DNA of 64,000 nucleotides from Squalus acanthias (lineage: Eukaryota), in assembly GCA_030390025.1 (NCBI GenBank), contig CM059433.1, positions 26,972,001 through 27,036,000 of the forward strand, given 5' to 3'. The translations under genes were made by a program, and so were the position numbers. Shown here piece after piece: positions 25,798 to 39,989 of the stretch; position 1 is the first letter of the stretch; each line of letters starts with the position of its first letter. The notes beneath the pieces were generated by a model. That model searched no databases and had not been told where the DNA came from. It saw only the letters and a list, made by a program, of their open reading frames with translations.

Positions 25798-28700
25798 TCC
25801 CCATAACCCAATGAATGGTGGTCCCATGAAGTGGAGGTTCAGAGGTCAGCAGCATCTCCATCGCTCTCTGCAATCTGATTATAGCCGGCACCAAACCTGC
25901 ACATAGCCGTATAAATTTTAATGGGGGGAAACAGTATTATGTATTGCATTAAATACTGGCAGTTAATCTGGACCTATGCCCTTAGTGAACGATGAGATTT
26001 ACACAAGAGGTTTTACGATTTTGATGATGTGATTATTGTAGGTTAAATTTTCTGTTCAGGACGTTGATAATATATTAAAAGTCTCATAAATAGCACATAC
26101 AAGGTGTCAGCTGTGGCTCAGTGGGTAGCACTCTCGCCTCTGAGTCAGAAGGTCGTGGGTTCAAGTTCCCACTGCAGAGCCTTGAGCGCAAAATCCAGGA
26201 AATTTGAATGGGCTGCGCAGCCTGTTAAAGGGGCCACGCAACCAAAAACAAACTAGCAGGAACATTGTTGCTAGGCCATTTCAGAGGGCAGTTAAGAGTC
26301 AACCACAGTGCTGTGGGTCTATAGGCTAGACTGGCAGAATTCCTTCCACTAAAGGACATTAGTGAGCCAGTTGGGTTTTTATTACAATCTGGTAATTTCA
26401 TGGTCACCATTACTGATACTAGCTTTTTGTTTGTTCCCAATTTATTTAATTGAATTTAAATTCCCCAGCTACCATGGGATTTGAACTCATGTCATCCAAA
26501 TACATTAGTCAAAGCCATTGGATTACTAGTCCAGTAACATAACCACTGTGCTACTGTCCCTGGTGGCATGGTGGAAGCTCTATTTTAAGAGGGTTAAGAG
26601 GGTGCTGGTGCCCAGGTGGGCAAGCAAGAAACAGAGGAGGTGAGCATGCGTAGCCTTGCCTGTCCTGCTGAGGATGTGGAACTTCTTGCGGCAGAGCTCT
26701 GCAGTCTTGGGGGTGAGGGTGTTGGAAATCAGGCAATGACTGATAATTCTGGGTGACTTGGTGACACCTACACCCAGAATTCTGTTCATCCTGACTTCAG
26801 TGGGCCTCCAGGAGGGCGTAAAGGGCATGGAGGTCTGAAGTTGTTCATTCTTCAGCTTAGGCTTGGTGGCATGTCTTGCTGCCCTCTGGGCACAGATGGC
26901 ATTTCAATAGGCATAATCCTGTCCAAGTGTAATAAAAATATTGGTAATACATACAATGAAGTAATTTGAGAGAGAAATAAAAGATCCAAGTAGTGTTCCT
27001 GCCTTAACCTCTTAAGTCTCTTTTCAAGTCCCACTCCGGAGACTTTAGCACATAATCCAGGCTGATACTCCAGGGAGTCTTTCGGACGAGTTGTGAAACG
27101 AGGCCCTGTCTGCCCTCTCAGATGGACATGAAAGATCCCATGGCACTATTTTGAAGAAGAGCAGGGGAGTTCTCCCCGGTGTCCTGGCCAATATTTAACC
27201 CTCAATCAACATCACTAAAACAGATTATCTGGTCATTATCACATTGCTGTTGTGGGATCTTGCTGTGTGCAAGTTGGTTGCCGCCTTTCCTACATTATAA
27301 CAGTGACTCCACTTCAAAAGTACTTAATTGGCTGTAAAACACTTTGGGACGTTCGGAGGTCGTGAAAGGCGTTATATAAATACAAGTCTTTCTTTTTTCA
27401 CCAACACCACAAAAACAGTTTATCTGGTCATTATCACACTGCTGTTGTGGGAGCTTGCTGTGCTCAAATTGACTACATCACAACAGTGACTACACTCCAA
27501 AAGTACTTCAATGGCTGTAAACCATTTTGTGATGTCCTGAGGCCCTGACAGGCGCTGTGTAAATGCAAGTTCTTCCTCCCTCCCTCCTGAAAAGGCTGCA
27601 CAGATGTTTCCTGCTGGTTCAACTGCTTGCACAGGTTCCACTGGTTTCACAACTATGTTTACACCGATGGAAAGGCAAATGAGCATACCCAGGAAACTTG
27701 TTTATCTCCCTTTAGAGGCCAGTGGCAGATGTAACACTTTTTCTTTAAAAGGTGCAACAGCGGTGTAAATCACGTCAAGGAAATTCTGCGTCTAATAGAA
27801 GGCATCAAAACGACTGTGAATCTTGGGGCTGCACAGCGAATCCGACCTCATCAGGCGAGCAAGTCCAAGACCATCCAGTGGGATATGGAATCGTTACAAA
27901 TCCTTGGTTGCAAACTACTTTAAAAAAGGAAGTAAAATTCTTGCCTCTTACTATGACTGAGTATTAAAGAATAAGGGGCCAATTTTTAAGAGTTAAAATC
28001 CCAAATGGCATTCGATGAATGCTATTTTTCCACATGCGCCTCTCACAGGGGGATCTTGCCAGTCATATTTTCGGAAATGAACGGCACCTGAGACACTCTA
28101 AGCACAGCGAGAGCACAGAGATGTTTTCTTTGTACGGTTGTTAACCTAGAAACTCCGCAAGGGGTTGATTTCTCTCGGCCCTGCGATTATTGAATCGGAG
28201 AAACCATTAATTAGAATTTTGACTGTTCTGGTTGTCAGGTTGTTAATGAATTTAACATCGAATTTCAACGACCCTAAAATGACCTCAGATATTCCTCCCT
28301 TAGAAATTCATTTAAATTTATCACTCCCCATTCTGAGTGTTGCGATGTTGAGGTGAGTAATCACACTATATATCCTCGGTGCAGTTTCCAGTGGTGGGTA
28401 TGTTGCACTATGTAGTATTATACATTACTTTCTTGCTGTAAGGATATATGAATTCCATTCTATATTTTATTCACTGACCTCCCCTGCCCACAGTCAGTTC
28501 CTTCTTCTAATAATTTAAGCTTCTTGCGGCGTGTGGGAAGGATCCCGCATACAATTTTCCTACAGTTTGATTCCAAGTCCGATTCTGGCTTCACTGATGT
28601 GGCTGAATTTCCACGGATTTGCACATGAATTCGTATAGATTTACCATGTTTGTTAGATGAAAATTTACTTGAAACATTGAACTTCCAGAAAGCCGTAATC

Positions 28701-30178
28701 CACTCGAGGTCTTGAAGTAACTTTAAAGTTTGACTGTGGGGGAAGGAGTACAGTTGGATTTGTGACAACCAGATGGCGCTTTTCCGGGTGTTGGCACAAG
28801 GACAGGGGTGTTGGCTGCAGGGGTGTCTATAATAATATTCTTTCTTCAATGCAACTCTCTGTGCTTTTGCTGGATTTTACGAACATAGACAAAAGTGAAG
28901 GGCAGGAAAAGACCAGCTGGTCCATCAAGCATGCCCCACATCAAAATGGCCGGAGCATCATGACTAGACACTTCCTCCCCCCCTGCCCCCCGGCACGGCC
29001 ATGTAATCTCCGGCCAAATAAACAGGAAGAGTACCCTGTAGACTTCCTCTCCGACCCCACCAGGCAATCAAAACCAGCCCAGGAGATCACACGGACCAAG
29101 TGTTATCCATAAAGACACTCACCTTCTGTATGATGTGATCTCTGCCCCAGTCAGGAACCAGTCCAGCTCCCTCTTGAAGGTTTACAGAGAGTCAGCACCC
29201 ACCACACCAGCTGCCAACACATTCCAGAGGCTCACTACTCGCTGGGAACAGAAGAACTGCCCAACATCCAGTCTATTCCTACTCTTACATAGTTTTGATT
29301 AATTGTGGGTACAGGTGCAGTAAAGGAACCAATATGAATCATATAGACTAAAATATTTACTAATATTCATTTCAGGGTCTGCTTATGGAATGAAAATCCT
29401 GGTCAAAAGGATTGAGCAATTTATAGCACATATGAATTGTGGTATTACAGCAATACTAAGGCACCTCAGAAGATCAGTACCTCAGACACTATAACTGTCT
29501 TGGCTAGAACAGTGTGTTTTGTCTCCTGCAGTATTCAACAATGAGAATTAGAGACTTTTCTCTCCCCCCTCCCCATTTTCTCGTCTCACTGCTCCTCTTC
29601 TGAATGTGGTGACCCGTGTTGATTCCATAGGAACAGCAGCCCTCTTCCACCCTCCCTTGTTGCTGTTACCCAACTTGGTAGAGTTATCTGAATGTAGAGA
29701 GGATCGGTGCCGAACCTGATCCTATCCTCACCCAGTGCCCATTCGCATGCACTTTTCAGAGAGGTCACTGGAGCCCAGTCAGGATTGGGAACCCTGCCTG
29801 ATTCCCACCCCCCGCCTTCCTTGGCCCAGTTAGCTCAGGGAAGCTGAAGCCAAATTATACCAGTCACGGTGCCACACCAGCAACAACAACTTGCATTTAT
29901 ATAGCGCCTTAAATGTAGTAAAACATCCCAAGGCGCTTCACAGGAAAGTTATCATTTGACATCGAGCCACATAAAGAGATATTCGGACAGGTGACCAAAA
30001 GCTTGGTCAAAGAGGTAGGTTTGAAGGAGCGACTTAAAGAAGGAGAGAGAGGTGGAGAGGCGGAGAGGTTAAGGGAGGAAAATCCAGAGCTTAGGGCCTA
30101 GGTGGCTGAAGGCACGGACGACAAAGGTGGGGCAATTATAATCAGGGATGCACAAGAGGCCACAATTGGAGGAACACA

Positions 30179-33100
30179 GGCCTAGAAATTGGGCCACTTA
30201 CCACCACCTGTTTGTGCCATTGTCCTGGTGAAAATTGGTGGCTGCCACTCTAGTGCCCTTCTCTGGCGCGGGACTTGGCATCCTCCATTTTTGTGAGGGC
30301 CTTAGCATTGCCGATAGCAGCGCTGACCCTGGACGTGCAAATGAAGAGTGCGTGACGTCAGTCGGTGCGCAATGCCAGCTTAACGTCACCTTAGCGCTGA
30401 GTTCAGCGTTGGGTCCTAAACTCGCTCTGAAAACCGAGCACCTCTTAAAGGGACACAGACATCTTTCAGGTAAGTTTGCATTTAAGCTTTTGGACTAGAA
30501 TTTTAAAATTTTATTCAAGTATTGGCTTGGTGCAATACATGTTAAAAGTTTTTTAAGTGTGCAGGGAGTGCAGCGAGTGCTGCTGGATGCTTGCAAGGCC
30601 TTGGATGGTAAAGGAAGGCCACTGAGAAGACAGAAAATGTTAGAAATGCTCAGCAGGTCAGGCAGCATCCGTGGAGCGAGAAACAGAGTTCATGTTTCAG
30701 GTCAAGATGCTGCCTGATCTGCTGAGCATTTCCAGCATTTTATACTTTCATTTCATATTTACAGCATCCGCTCATAAAGGGAAGAGGAAGATGCAGAAGA
30801 AGAAGACACGGAAGAGGAGAAAGCAGAAGAGGAGGAAGCAGAAGGAAGGATGCAACCCAGACAGCCCCTTTCTGGCCACGATATCCGGGATGGAATCTTC
30901 CGTCTGTGGTACCAGTGACCCCAAACCCAATTCCCCTTTCAACATTTGTCCCACACCTTACCTTCCCTCTGTTACTGACCATCACAATGTCCTCTTGGCC
31001 ATGATGCTGAAATAAAAGGCACCACAAAGCAAACTTTCCAATCCAACTTTATACATTTATCTGTTCAATATGACATAGAATCATAGAATGGTTACAACAC
31101 AGAAGGAGGCTATTCGAGCTGTCGAGTCCATGCCTGCTCTCTGCAAGAGCACTTCATCTAGACCCACTCCCCCACCCTTTCCCCGTAGCCCTGCAAATTT
31201 TTTTCCTTCAGATACTTATCCAATTCCCTTTTGAAAGCCATGATTGAATATGCCTACGCCACCCTTTCAGGCAGTGAATTCCAGATCCTAACCACTCGCT
31301 GCGTAAAAACGGTTTTCCTCATGTCGCCTTTGGTTCTTCTGCCAATCACGTTAAATCTGTGTCCTCTGGTTCTCGAGTCTTCCGACAATGGGAACAGTTT
31401 CTCTCTATCTACTCTATCTAGACCCCTCATGATACTGAACACCTCTATCAAATCTCCTCTCAACCTTCTCCGCTCCAAGGAGAACAACCACAGCTTCTCC
31501 AGTCTATCAACATAACTGAAGTCCCTCATCCCCGGAACCATTCTTGAAAATCTTTTCTGTACCCTCTCTAAGGCCTTCACATCCTTCCTAAAGTGCGGTG
31601 CCCAGAATTGGACACAATACTCCAGTTGAGGCCGAACCAGCTTTTTATAAATGTTCATCATAACTTTCTTGCTTTTGTACTCTATGCCTCGATTTATGAA
31701 GCCCAGGATCCCATATGCTTTTTTAACCGCTTTCTCAACCTGCCCTGCCACCTTCAACGATTTATGGACATATACCCCCAGGTCTCTCTGTTTATGCACC
31801 CCCCTTTAGAATTGTACCCTTTAGTTTCTCCTCATTCTTCCTACCAAAATGTACCACTTCGCACTTTTCTGCATTAAATTTCATCTGCCACGTGTCCGCC
31901 CATTCCACCAGCCTATTTATATCCTCTTGAAGTCTATCACTATCCTCCTCACTGTTCACTATACTTCCAAGTTTTGTGTCATCTGCAAATTTTGAAATTG
32001 TGCCCTGTACACCCAAGTCCAAGTCATTAATATATATCAAGAAAAGCAGTGGTCCTAGTACCGACCCCTGGGGAACACCACTGTATACCTTCCTCCAGTC
32101 CGATAAACAACCATTCACCACTACTCTCTGTTCCTGTCACTTAGCCAATTTCGTATCCATGCTGCCACTGTCCCTTTTATTCCATGGGTTTCAACTTTGC
32201 TGACAAGCCTATTACGTGGCACGTTATCAAACGCCTTTTGGAAGTCCATGTACACCACATCAACCAGATTGCTCTCATCAACTCTGTTATCTCATCAAAA
32301 AACTTAATCAAGTTAGTTAAACACGATTTGCCTTTAACAAATCCGTGCTGGCTTTCCTTAATTAATCCACACTTGTCCAAGTGACTGTTAATTTTGTCTC
32401 TGATTATCGTTTCTGAAAGCTTCCCCACTACCGAGGTCAAACTGACTGGCCTGTAGTTTCTGGGTTTATCCTTACACCCTTTTTTGAACAAGGATGTAAC
32501 ATTTGCATTTCTCCAGTCCTCTGGCACCAGCCCCGTATCCAAGGAGGATTGGAAGATTATGGCCAGTACCTCCGCAATTTCCACCTTTACTTCCCTCAGC
32601 ATCCTAGGATGCATCTCATCCGGTCCTGTATGTTCTCCTACTGACACTTGCTCTACTTGACCCACCTCATTCCCCAGAACCAGATCCAGCAATGCCTCCT
32701 TCCTCGTTGGGCCGGAAATGTACTGATCAAGAAAATTCTCCTGAACACACTTCAGAAATTCTTCCCCCTCTCTGCCCTTTAAATTATTACTATCCCAGTC
32801 TATATTAGGATAGTTGAAGTCTCCCATTATCACTACTCTATAGTTCTTGCACCTCTCTGTAATTTCCCTGAACATTTGCTCCTCTATATCCTTCCCACTA
32901 GTTGGCAGCCTAGTATTGTAATGGCACCTCTATTGTTTCTCAATTCTAACCAAATAGGTTCTGTCCTTGACCCCTCCAGGACATCCTCTCTCTCCAGCAC
33001 TGTAATATTCACCTTAATCAATACTGCCAACCCATCTCCTTTCTTTCCTTCCCTATCTTTCCTGAACATCTTATATCCAGGAATATTTAGTACCCAATCC

Positions 33101-34889
33101 TGCCCTTTTTTGAGCCAGGTCTCCGTTATCACCACGACATCATATTCCCATGTGTCTATTTGAGCCTGCAGCTCACCAGCCTTATTTACCACACTTCGTG
33201 CATTCACACACATGCACTGTAAACTTATCTTAGACCTTCTTGTATTCTCTCTTAGTCTGACCCCAGCTAATACCGTACTATCGCTTACTCTAGTGATTTG
33301 TCTCTACCAATCCTTTGTGCATCTTGTTTCTCCTTTCTAATGCTACATTCTGGTTCCCATCCCCCTGCCAAATTAGTTTAAACCCTCCCCAACAGCACTA
33401 GCAAACCCCCTCGCGAGGACATTGGTCCCAGTTCTGTTGAGATGCAACTCGTCTGGCCTGTACAGGTCTCACCTCCCCCAGAACCAGTCCCAATGTCCCA
33501 GGAATCTAAAGCCCTCCCTCCTGTACAATCTCTCCAGCCACGCATTCATCTGCTCTATCCTATATCTATACTCACTAGCTCATGGCACTGGGAGTAATCC
33601 GGAGATTACTACCTTTGAGGTCCTGCTTTTTAATCTCTTTCCTCGCTCCCTAAAATCTGCCTACAGGACCTGATCCCTCTTTCTACCTATGTCGTTGATA
33701 CCGATATGGACCATGACCTCTGGCTGTTCACCCTCCCCCCTCAGAATGTTCTGCAGCTGCTCAGTGACATCCTTGACCCTGGCGCCAAGAAATCAACTCA
33801 TCACTTTTATGCCTTCTCTTAGTGACTGTCTTGTGTGTGCCTTTGCCTATCCTACTGATGTCACCCAGTGGCTGCCGCATGGCTGGTGGAAGGCTGCTAA
33901 CTTTCAGAGGGGGACACTGCAAATGGCCTTGCTGGTCTTCTCCTTCTTCTTCTTCTTCACTCTCGTCTCCTTCTTCTTGGTCAACTACTGGCTGGGAAGG
34001 CTGCATTTCTTGGGTGTGTGAAATGAGGAAGGTACAAGGGTGGAGTTGTGGTGAGGGGAGGGCGGGAAAGCAAGAGGTGCATGCGAGAAAGAGGATAATG
34101 TACGAGGATACCAGCATCTTGTATCCTTTCAGCCCCACTGCTGGTCAAGGGCTCAGCCATGCCCTGCCAAGAATGTCCTGCACCATCTCCTCCAAGGGGG
34201 TGAGGTGAAGCTAGGAATGGGAGGTGTGCCTCCTGTTTGGTAGAGATTGTTGGTAGGTGAGTGATTGGGGGGACGGGGGTTGTGCATTGAGCAGTGTGTG
34301 AGGCTAGTGGTGCAATTGTTAGGTGACGGCTCTTTAAGATTCATTCACTGACTTTGACCACTAGTCTGAGGTCATGAGCTTCTTTGGGCACTGGAGCCAG
34401 ATGGTGGGGCGACACTGCTGGCAGTGACGGCCTCGGTGATGTGGTCCCACATCCTTTTTTCTGGAGGGCCTCCTGGCCCCTGTGAGTGGAGGACTTCTCT
34501 TGCAGTGTTGACCCCCTGCACAAAGCTGGAGTGCTGCGTGCGAGACCCTGGGTGCCCCTTACCTGGCTTACTGAGCCATTTGTGTTAGTGCTGAAGCACT
34601 GTTCCCTTTTTTTAGGTGTGGAAGGGAATTCATCTTTAAGAAATGACAACCTTGCTTTCAGAGCAGGCTGTTCTTGCTGCAATGACGCTACAGCCACGCT
34701 ACATTGGGGCCTCCTGCCGGGTCTAACGCCACCAGGACGGCATTGCACGGTGAGTTAAGCGCTGGGTTAATGTTAGTTAGTCCCCAGAGCCAATTTTTCA
34801 GCCCTGCCAGCGCCACTATTTTCGGTGGCTGTAAACACCCGCCTACGGTGGCACTGGCAGCTTTTGTGGCGTTCACGAATTTCTAGGCC
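30179..34889. mobile_element. Degenerate Harbinger transposon (Myb/SANT remnant on - near 34350-34600) with nested CR1
   Basis: TIRs GGCCTAGAAATT...AATTTCTAGGCC; ACA 3-bp TSD; minus-strand ALVQGVNTAREVLH Myb-like remnant. Confidence 0.8.
31075..33786 (-). mobile_element. CR1 LINE (ORF1 3' end, APE and RT) with internal deletion near 32627
   Basis: MCVNARSVVNK, ITETWL, MGDFN, GVPQGSVLGP, FADD, LVRPQLEYC; APE joined directly to GPDEMHPR. Confidence 0.9.
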
Positions 34890-34894
34890 ACAGT

Positions 34895-35670
34895 GTTTAT
34901 AGAACCTTGGTTAGACCACACTTGGAGCACTGTACACAGTTCTGGTCTCCATATTATAAAAAGTATATTGAGGCACCAGAGAGGGTACAAAAAAGATTTA
35001 CAAGTATGATATCAGAACTGAGAGATTATAACTATCAGGAAAGAATGAACAGGTGAGGGCTCTTATCTCTGTGACCTAATAGAAGTCTTTAAAATTATGA
35101 AGGGTTTAATATGATTCATTTTTCAGAACATTGCTGTTAGTGATTCAGAAGGAATTACAGTGTCACATTGACAAGAGATTCTTATTTCATTCCAAGGTTT
35201 AATGTTTTGATAGGGTAGATGTAGAGAAGATGTTTTCACTTGTGGGGAGACCAAAACTTGGGGCCATAAATATAAGATAGTCACTAATAAATCCAATAAG
35301 GAATTCAGAAGAACTCTCTTTACTCAGAGAGTAGTGAGAATGTGGAACCTGCTACCACATGGAGTAGTTGAGGTGAATAGCATAGATGCATTTAAGGGGA
35401 CTCTCGATAAGTACACAGGGGAAAAAGGAATAGAAGGATATGTTGATAGAGTTAGACGAAGTAAAAGAAAAGAAAAAAAAGAAAGACTTGCATTTATGTA
35501 GCACCTTTCATGATCTCAGGATTTCCCAAGTGCTTTACAGCCAATGAAGTGCTTTGAAGTGCAGTCACTGTTGTAATGTAGGGTGAGAGGAGGCTCGTGT
35601 GGAGCATAAACACCAGCATAAACCTATTGAGCTGAATGGCTTGTTTCTGTGCTGTACATTCTATATAATA
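34895..35670 (+). mobile_element. CR1 3' fragment containing a 107-bp templated insertion and a short SINE tail
   Basis: Similar to the CR1 at 10480-10980; see the duplication finding. Confidence 0.75.
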
Positions 35671-36739
35671 AGTTAACAGCTAGTCATAGGTAAGGAGCAT
35701 TATGGGTTATTTAGTTAAGGGACCTACAGTGATTGTATAGAGAGAGAGAATACATGTAGACTAGCAAGAGAAGAACTAACTGAATTCTGCTGGAAACACA
35801 TGACAGGCTGCATGAGCAAGAATAAAAAATACATGATACAGGGACCTGGAGATAAGGAAACACGACTGAAGCAGTTTAGGTCAGTTTTAGACACAGGAAT
35901 AGTGCAAGTTAAGTCCATCTTTGCAAATACATTTGGGAGGGTAATGGCGGATGGTGGCAATCTGACAGGGCTGGCATTCCTCCATAACTCCTCCTCTTCA
36001 AATGACATAAATAAAAAGGGTCACCCACAAGGGCCACCCATTATCCCAATAAGTTGATTGCGAACAAAACTTGGCTGACCCAAAACTCATGCCACAAACC
36101 CCATCGTAGATTAATTGATAGAGATTGTTTATGATTAGTCAATAACTCCATTATCGTTGTATCAAGTGACTACCAGGATGGTAGAAGGGGAGCTAGAAGG
36201 ACCATGGTCTTTCTTTGTCTAGCAATTCCTATGTTCCTAAAATAGATTAACACAATTCAACCTAAAACAACCGACAGAAAATGTATTTCCAAGAACTGAT
36301 TGATATGCATTTTCTAATGTGACTAATTTGCTTTTGACTTTGAGTTTGCAAGGTCACGTGTGGACATGGGACTGTCTTCATTAAAAGTGCTCCCATTAGC
36401 ACTCCTCTGCCAAGTTGAAGCATTTAAAATAGAATTGGATCAATTCCTCACTCCACAAAGAGTAATGAAATATGGGTTTGGCATAGGAAAGATAACCATC
36501 GAAAAACTCAGATCGCTCCCTGAATTAAGACCTGAGTGATCGAGTGAGTCTTAAATTCTTATGTTCTTGTATTTAGACAAGTTTACATGATAGCTGTTCC
36601 ATAATTCTTTCATTTTGTAATCTTTTATTTCAGTTTAATATGATTAATTTTTCAGAACATTGCTGTTAGTGATTCAGAAGGAATTACAGTGTCACATTGA
36701 CGAGAGAGGCTTATTTCATTCCAAGGTTTAACGTTTTGA
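35104..36739 (+). repeat. Dispersed ~107-bp direct duplication (35104-35210 and 36633-36739)
   Basis: gtttaatatgatt...cagaacattgctgttagtgattcagaaggaattacagtgtcacattgac...ccaaggtttaa.gttttga occurs twice with about 5 mismatches. Confidence 0.9.
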
Positions 36740-37812
36740 GCACATTTGGTCTTCTGGAGGAGCATTCTACCAGGAATGTCATCTTCAAGAATGGAAAGAT
36801 GGGGTGCGTTTACTCAATCATTTGTGACCAATAACCCATGTGGTCCCACGAGGAACTACATTTCTTTGAAGAGTGTCCTTTTGTTTTGGGTATGGTTCAA
36901 TAACTCAGACTTAAAAGGGAATGTCACTGTTTTCATCAACGATTAGATCAAATCAACCATTTCTACAATCTATTTTATACAGTACCTGATATTCTGATTT
37001 GGGTTATCAATTAAAGTCATTAGCTAAGTAACAAATCTCCCATGGTGTTCCTCACAATGAGTTATCACTTTTATAAGTGTTATGACAAGTAGTATTACCA
37101 GGGACACCAACTTAGCACCATTGGGAACAGCCCTGAATCTTGGACCACTGAGAAGCTGCCCGGGGTCTAGCAGTACGGAGTTGCTATATCAGTAAATGAA
37201 GGCTCCCATGGCCTGGGAGCATTAGTAGGGGCTTCCCAGCATTCAGGGAATACTGGGACAGATCCAGAGAGTTGGAATCATTGGGAGAGGGACCTTGGAC
37301 AGTGGGGAGGGAGATCGCAGGGTCTGGGAACATTGGGCACAGAATGCAGTCCAGGGATTTGTGAGCAGAGAGGGGACCTGGGTTCTGGAAGTAGGGGGGG
37401 AGGTGGAAGTCTGGGAGAGAGGGGCCTGGGCCCAGAGGAACAGGAGAGCTCCTCCTGGCCTCACAAGGAAAACTTAGGCCTAACCTGGCCCTCCCTCTGA
37501 TCAGGGGAACCCCCGCAGGATGACCATGCATCTAACCCAACCACTTATCCGCTGTCAATTTATCGCCCCAAGAGGGAAGTGGAGCGCTAAATCACGTGCT
37601 ACATACTTCTCTTAGGGCGCTAACATCGGAGAACGGGGCGCTACCGCAGAGCGCTACTCAAGTTCCGGCGCTGTCAATTACAAGTACTCAGACAGACTGG
37701 CGCCTTCCAGTTCTTCAAGGGGAGGTTCAATCATGCTGCACAGCTTCACTCTGATCATTGCTGCTTGTGACCTGGGCCTGCAAGGAGCTGCAAACCATCA
37801 TTCACAAATTTC

Positions 37813-39678
37813 ATGGCTGATCAGAGGCCCAGGGAGAGAGCTCGCCGGATCAGCGACCAGGCTTTGGAGGCTCTGGTCACGGCCGTAGAACACCGACTGG
37901 CAGTGTTGTTCCCAGACACTGGCAGGAGGCCATTGCCGCAGGACTTCAGGAGGATGTGGAGGGAGGTGGCCCAGTACGTCTCGGCCAGAAGTGTTGTCCA
38001 CAGGACTCCCACCCAGTGCCGCAAGAAGTTCAACGACCTCACTCGGGTGGTCAGGGTGAGTAGGTGCTGCAAAAACCTCTACATCCCACCATCTCAACCT
38101 CACTCTGTGCACAGACGGTATAAACCGCCAAATCCCCAACACTCACACACAAACTATGCCCACCTACTAAAAGTGACATCCACATCTCACGCCTTGCATA
38201 CATTAACAGGTATTCAACTATGGTAGGCACATCTGCCAAACACATAGCTGTACACGCACTCAGTCCTTTTTCTTGCAGGCCAAGCTTGCTCATAACAGGA
38301 GGGAGCAGCAATGCATGGGAGGAGGTCAGGTGGAGCTGCACCCCCTTACAGACCTGGAGGAGTGAGTGCGCAGCATTATTGGGGCCCAGGTCGTGGGCGC
38401 TGTGGCGTTGGAGACGTCGACCCCCTTGGGGACAACAACGGTATGTTCATCACCACTCCCTCTTCTCTCATACCACTTCCCCCTCACACCACAAGCCCTT
38501 TCCACTTTCCATCTAATTATACTGTCCTCATTCCTTGCTCCCTTCCTGCCCCCCTCCCCTGACCTTAAACCCACTCTTGTGCCTTTATGCTTTCACATAA
38601 TCAGCCATCATTTGACGAGCCTGTCCCTCAGCCTCCCAGTGGCAGCGATGCGGGAGAGGAGGAGGAACAAAAAGCCAGAGCCTCACTGCCTGTGTTTCCC
38701 GAGGGCAAGAGGTCCGATAATGGGGCCACGTGGTCGCTGGAGGGCAGCCTAGGAAATGAGTCTGATGTAGGTGAAGCACCGGGACCCAACGGGCTGCAGC
38801 AATGCCATGGGGAAAAGGAAGCTCGAGGCCCATCTCCCTGGAGGGTGAGTTCGTGCGCGCGTTCTGCTGTACAGGACTCAGATGAGGACCTCGATGTGGA
38901 GGCGATGACCACACAGGTGATGGGCATGCACACCGAACTCATGGGTGCAATGGCAAAGGTGCCCAAGAGCATGGATGCACTGGCTAGGAGCGTGGAGGAG
39001 TCCACATCCAGCATTGCTCTCATCTATGCGCAAACCATCGAGCCCATCCTTGGCAGTTTTCCAAGGATGGTTGCCTTGCAGAGAGACCGTGGGGAGCTAG
39101 ACCTCATGCTGCGTGTCATGGGTGTTGCAGCTATTGCAGTACAGGCCAAAGCAACGCAACGGCTTAGTGCTGTAATGGAGTCAGTGGTTGGTGACATCCA
39201 ATTTCAGACTGCTCTCATGCAGTCTGAGATTGATGCCATGCAAGCGCTGACTGCTGCCATCATCACTGGGTCACCCACAGTCCACCGGGGATCTCATGGT
39301 GCCGCAGCAGGCCAGCAATCTGTGCTTGAGCAGATTGCTCCAGATGCTGAGGGTCTGCCCCGGGGGAGTGGCAGTGTGTCGGTCGAGCAGGAAGGTGCTG
39401 TCCTCTCTCAGGATGACAGCATTCCTGCTCCCACCACTGCCAATCCGCAACCTGTAACCCAGCCATCCCAGACTGCTGCCGCCCATGCTGAGGTGGTGCA
39501 GTCTGCAGCCAGGCCTTCCAGGCCCAGAGGTGGCCGAGGGTGTCCTGCAAGGCCATCTGCAGTCTCTGGTTCCCAGACTCAGCAACCTTCCACCAGCCTT
39601 GCTACAGCCACTGGGGCCACGTTACGGAGGAGCAGTAGGGTTGGGAGGGGGAACTCCAAAGGAGAGGGAAATCATTGA
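37813..39678 (+). pseudogene. Harbinger Myb/SANT DNA-binding protein gene, spliced (exons about 37813-38055, 38279-38440, 38604-39678); in-frame TGA in exon 2
   Basis: RARRISDQALEALV...WREVA...RTPTQCRKKFNDL; donor gtgagt at 38056; acceptor ttgcag ending 38278; AKLAHNRREQQCMGGG...LTDLEE*V. Confidence 0.8.
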
Positions 39679-39989
39679 AGAAGGGGGAGTATATAATATG
39701 TTATTAGCAAATGGGGGGAGTGTGTGTAAATAATTTGATGTGTTTGTAAATATATTGTTGAGTTTGGTAACAAAGATTCAGTTTGCTAAGAAAGAGCTGT
39801 GTTTGTTGATAAGTTGTTGTGTTTGTTTATTATTGGTTGTTTCACAAGAGAGTTGTGCACAATAATACATTTTTAATTCGACGTAGCGCATTTTGTGATG
39901 TTTCTCATTTGACCTTTGCCCGGTGATAGGGGCTGTGAGCTGGCTGTAATGATGTGGTTGTGCTGCGCAAACGTCATGTGCTATCTCAT

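Noticed and set aside
26104..26200. tRNA gene (also at 12640 and about 48150-48210)
   Set aside because: These are A/B-box heads of SINEs that continue into SINE body sequence; no complete cloverleaf.
27752..27930. Possible small + strand exon (NSGVNHVKEILRLIEGIK...)
   Set aside because: An acceptor-like site is present, but there is no canonical GT donor, partner exon or recognisable homology.
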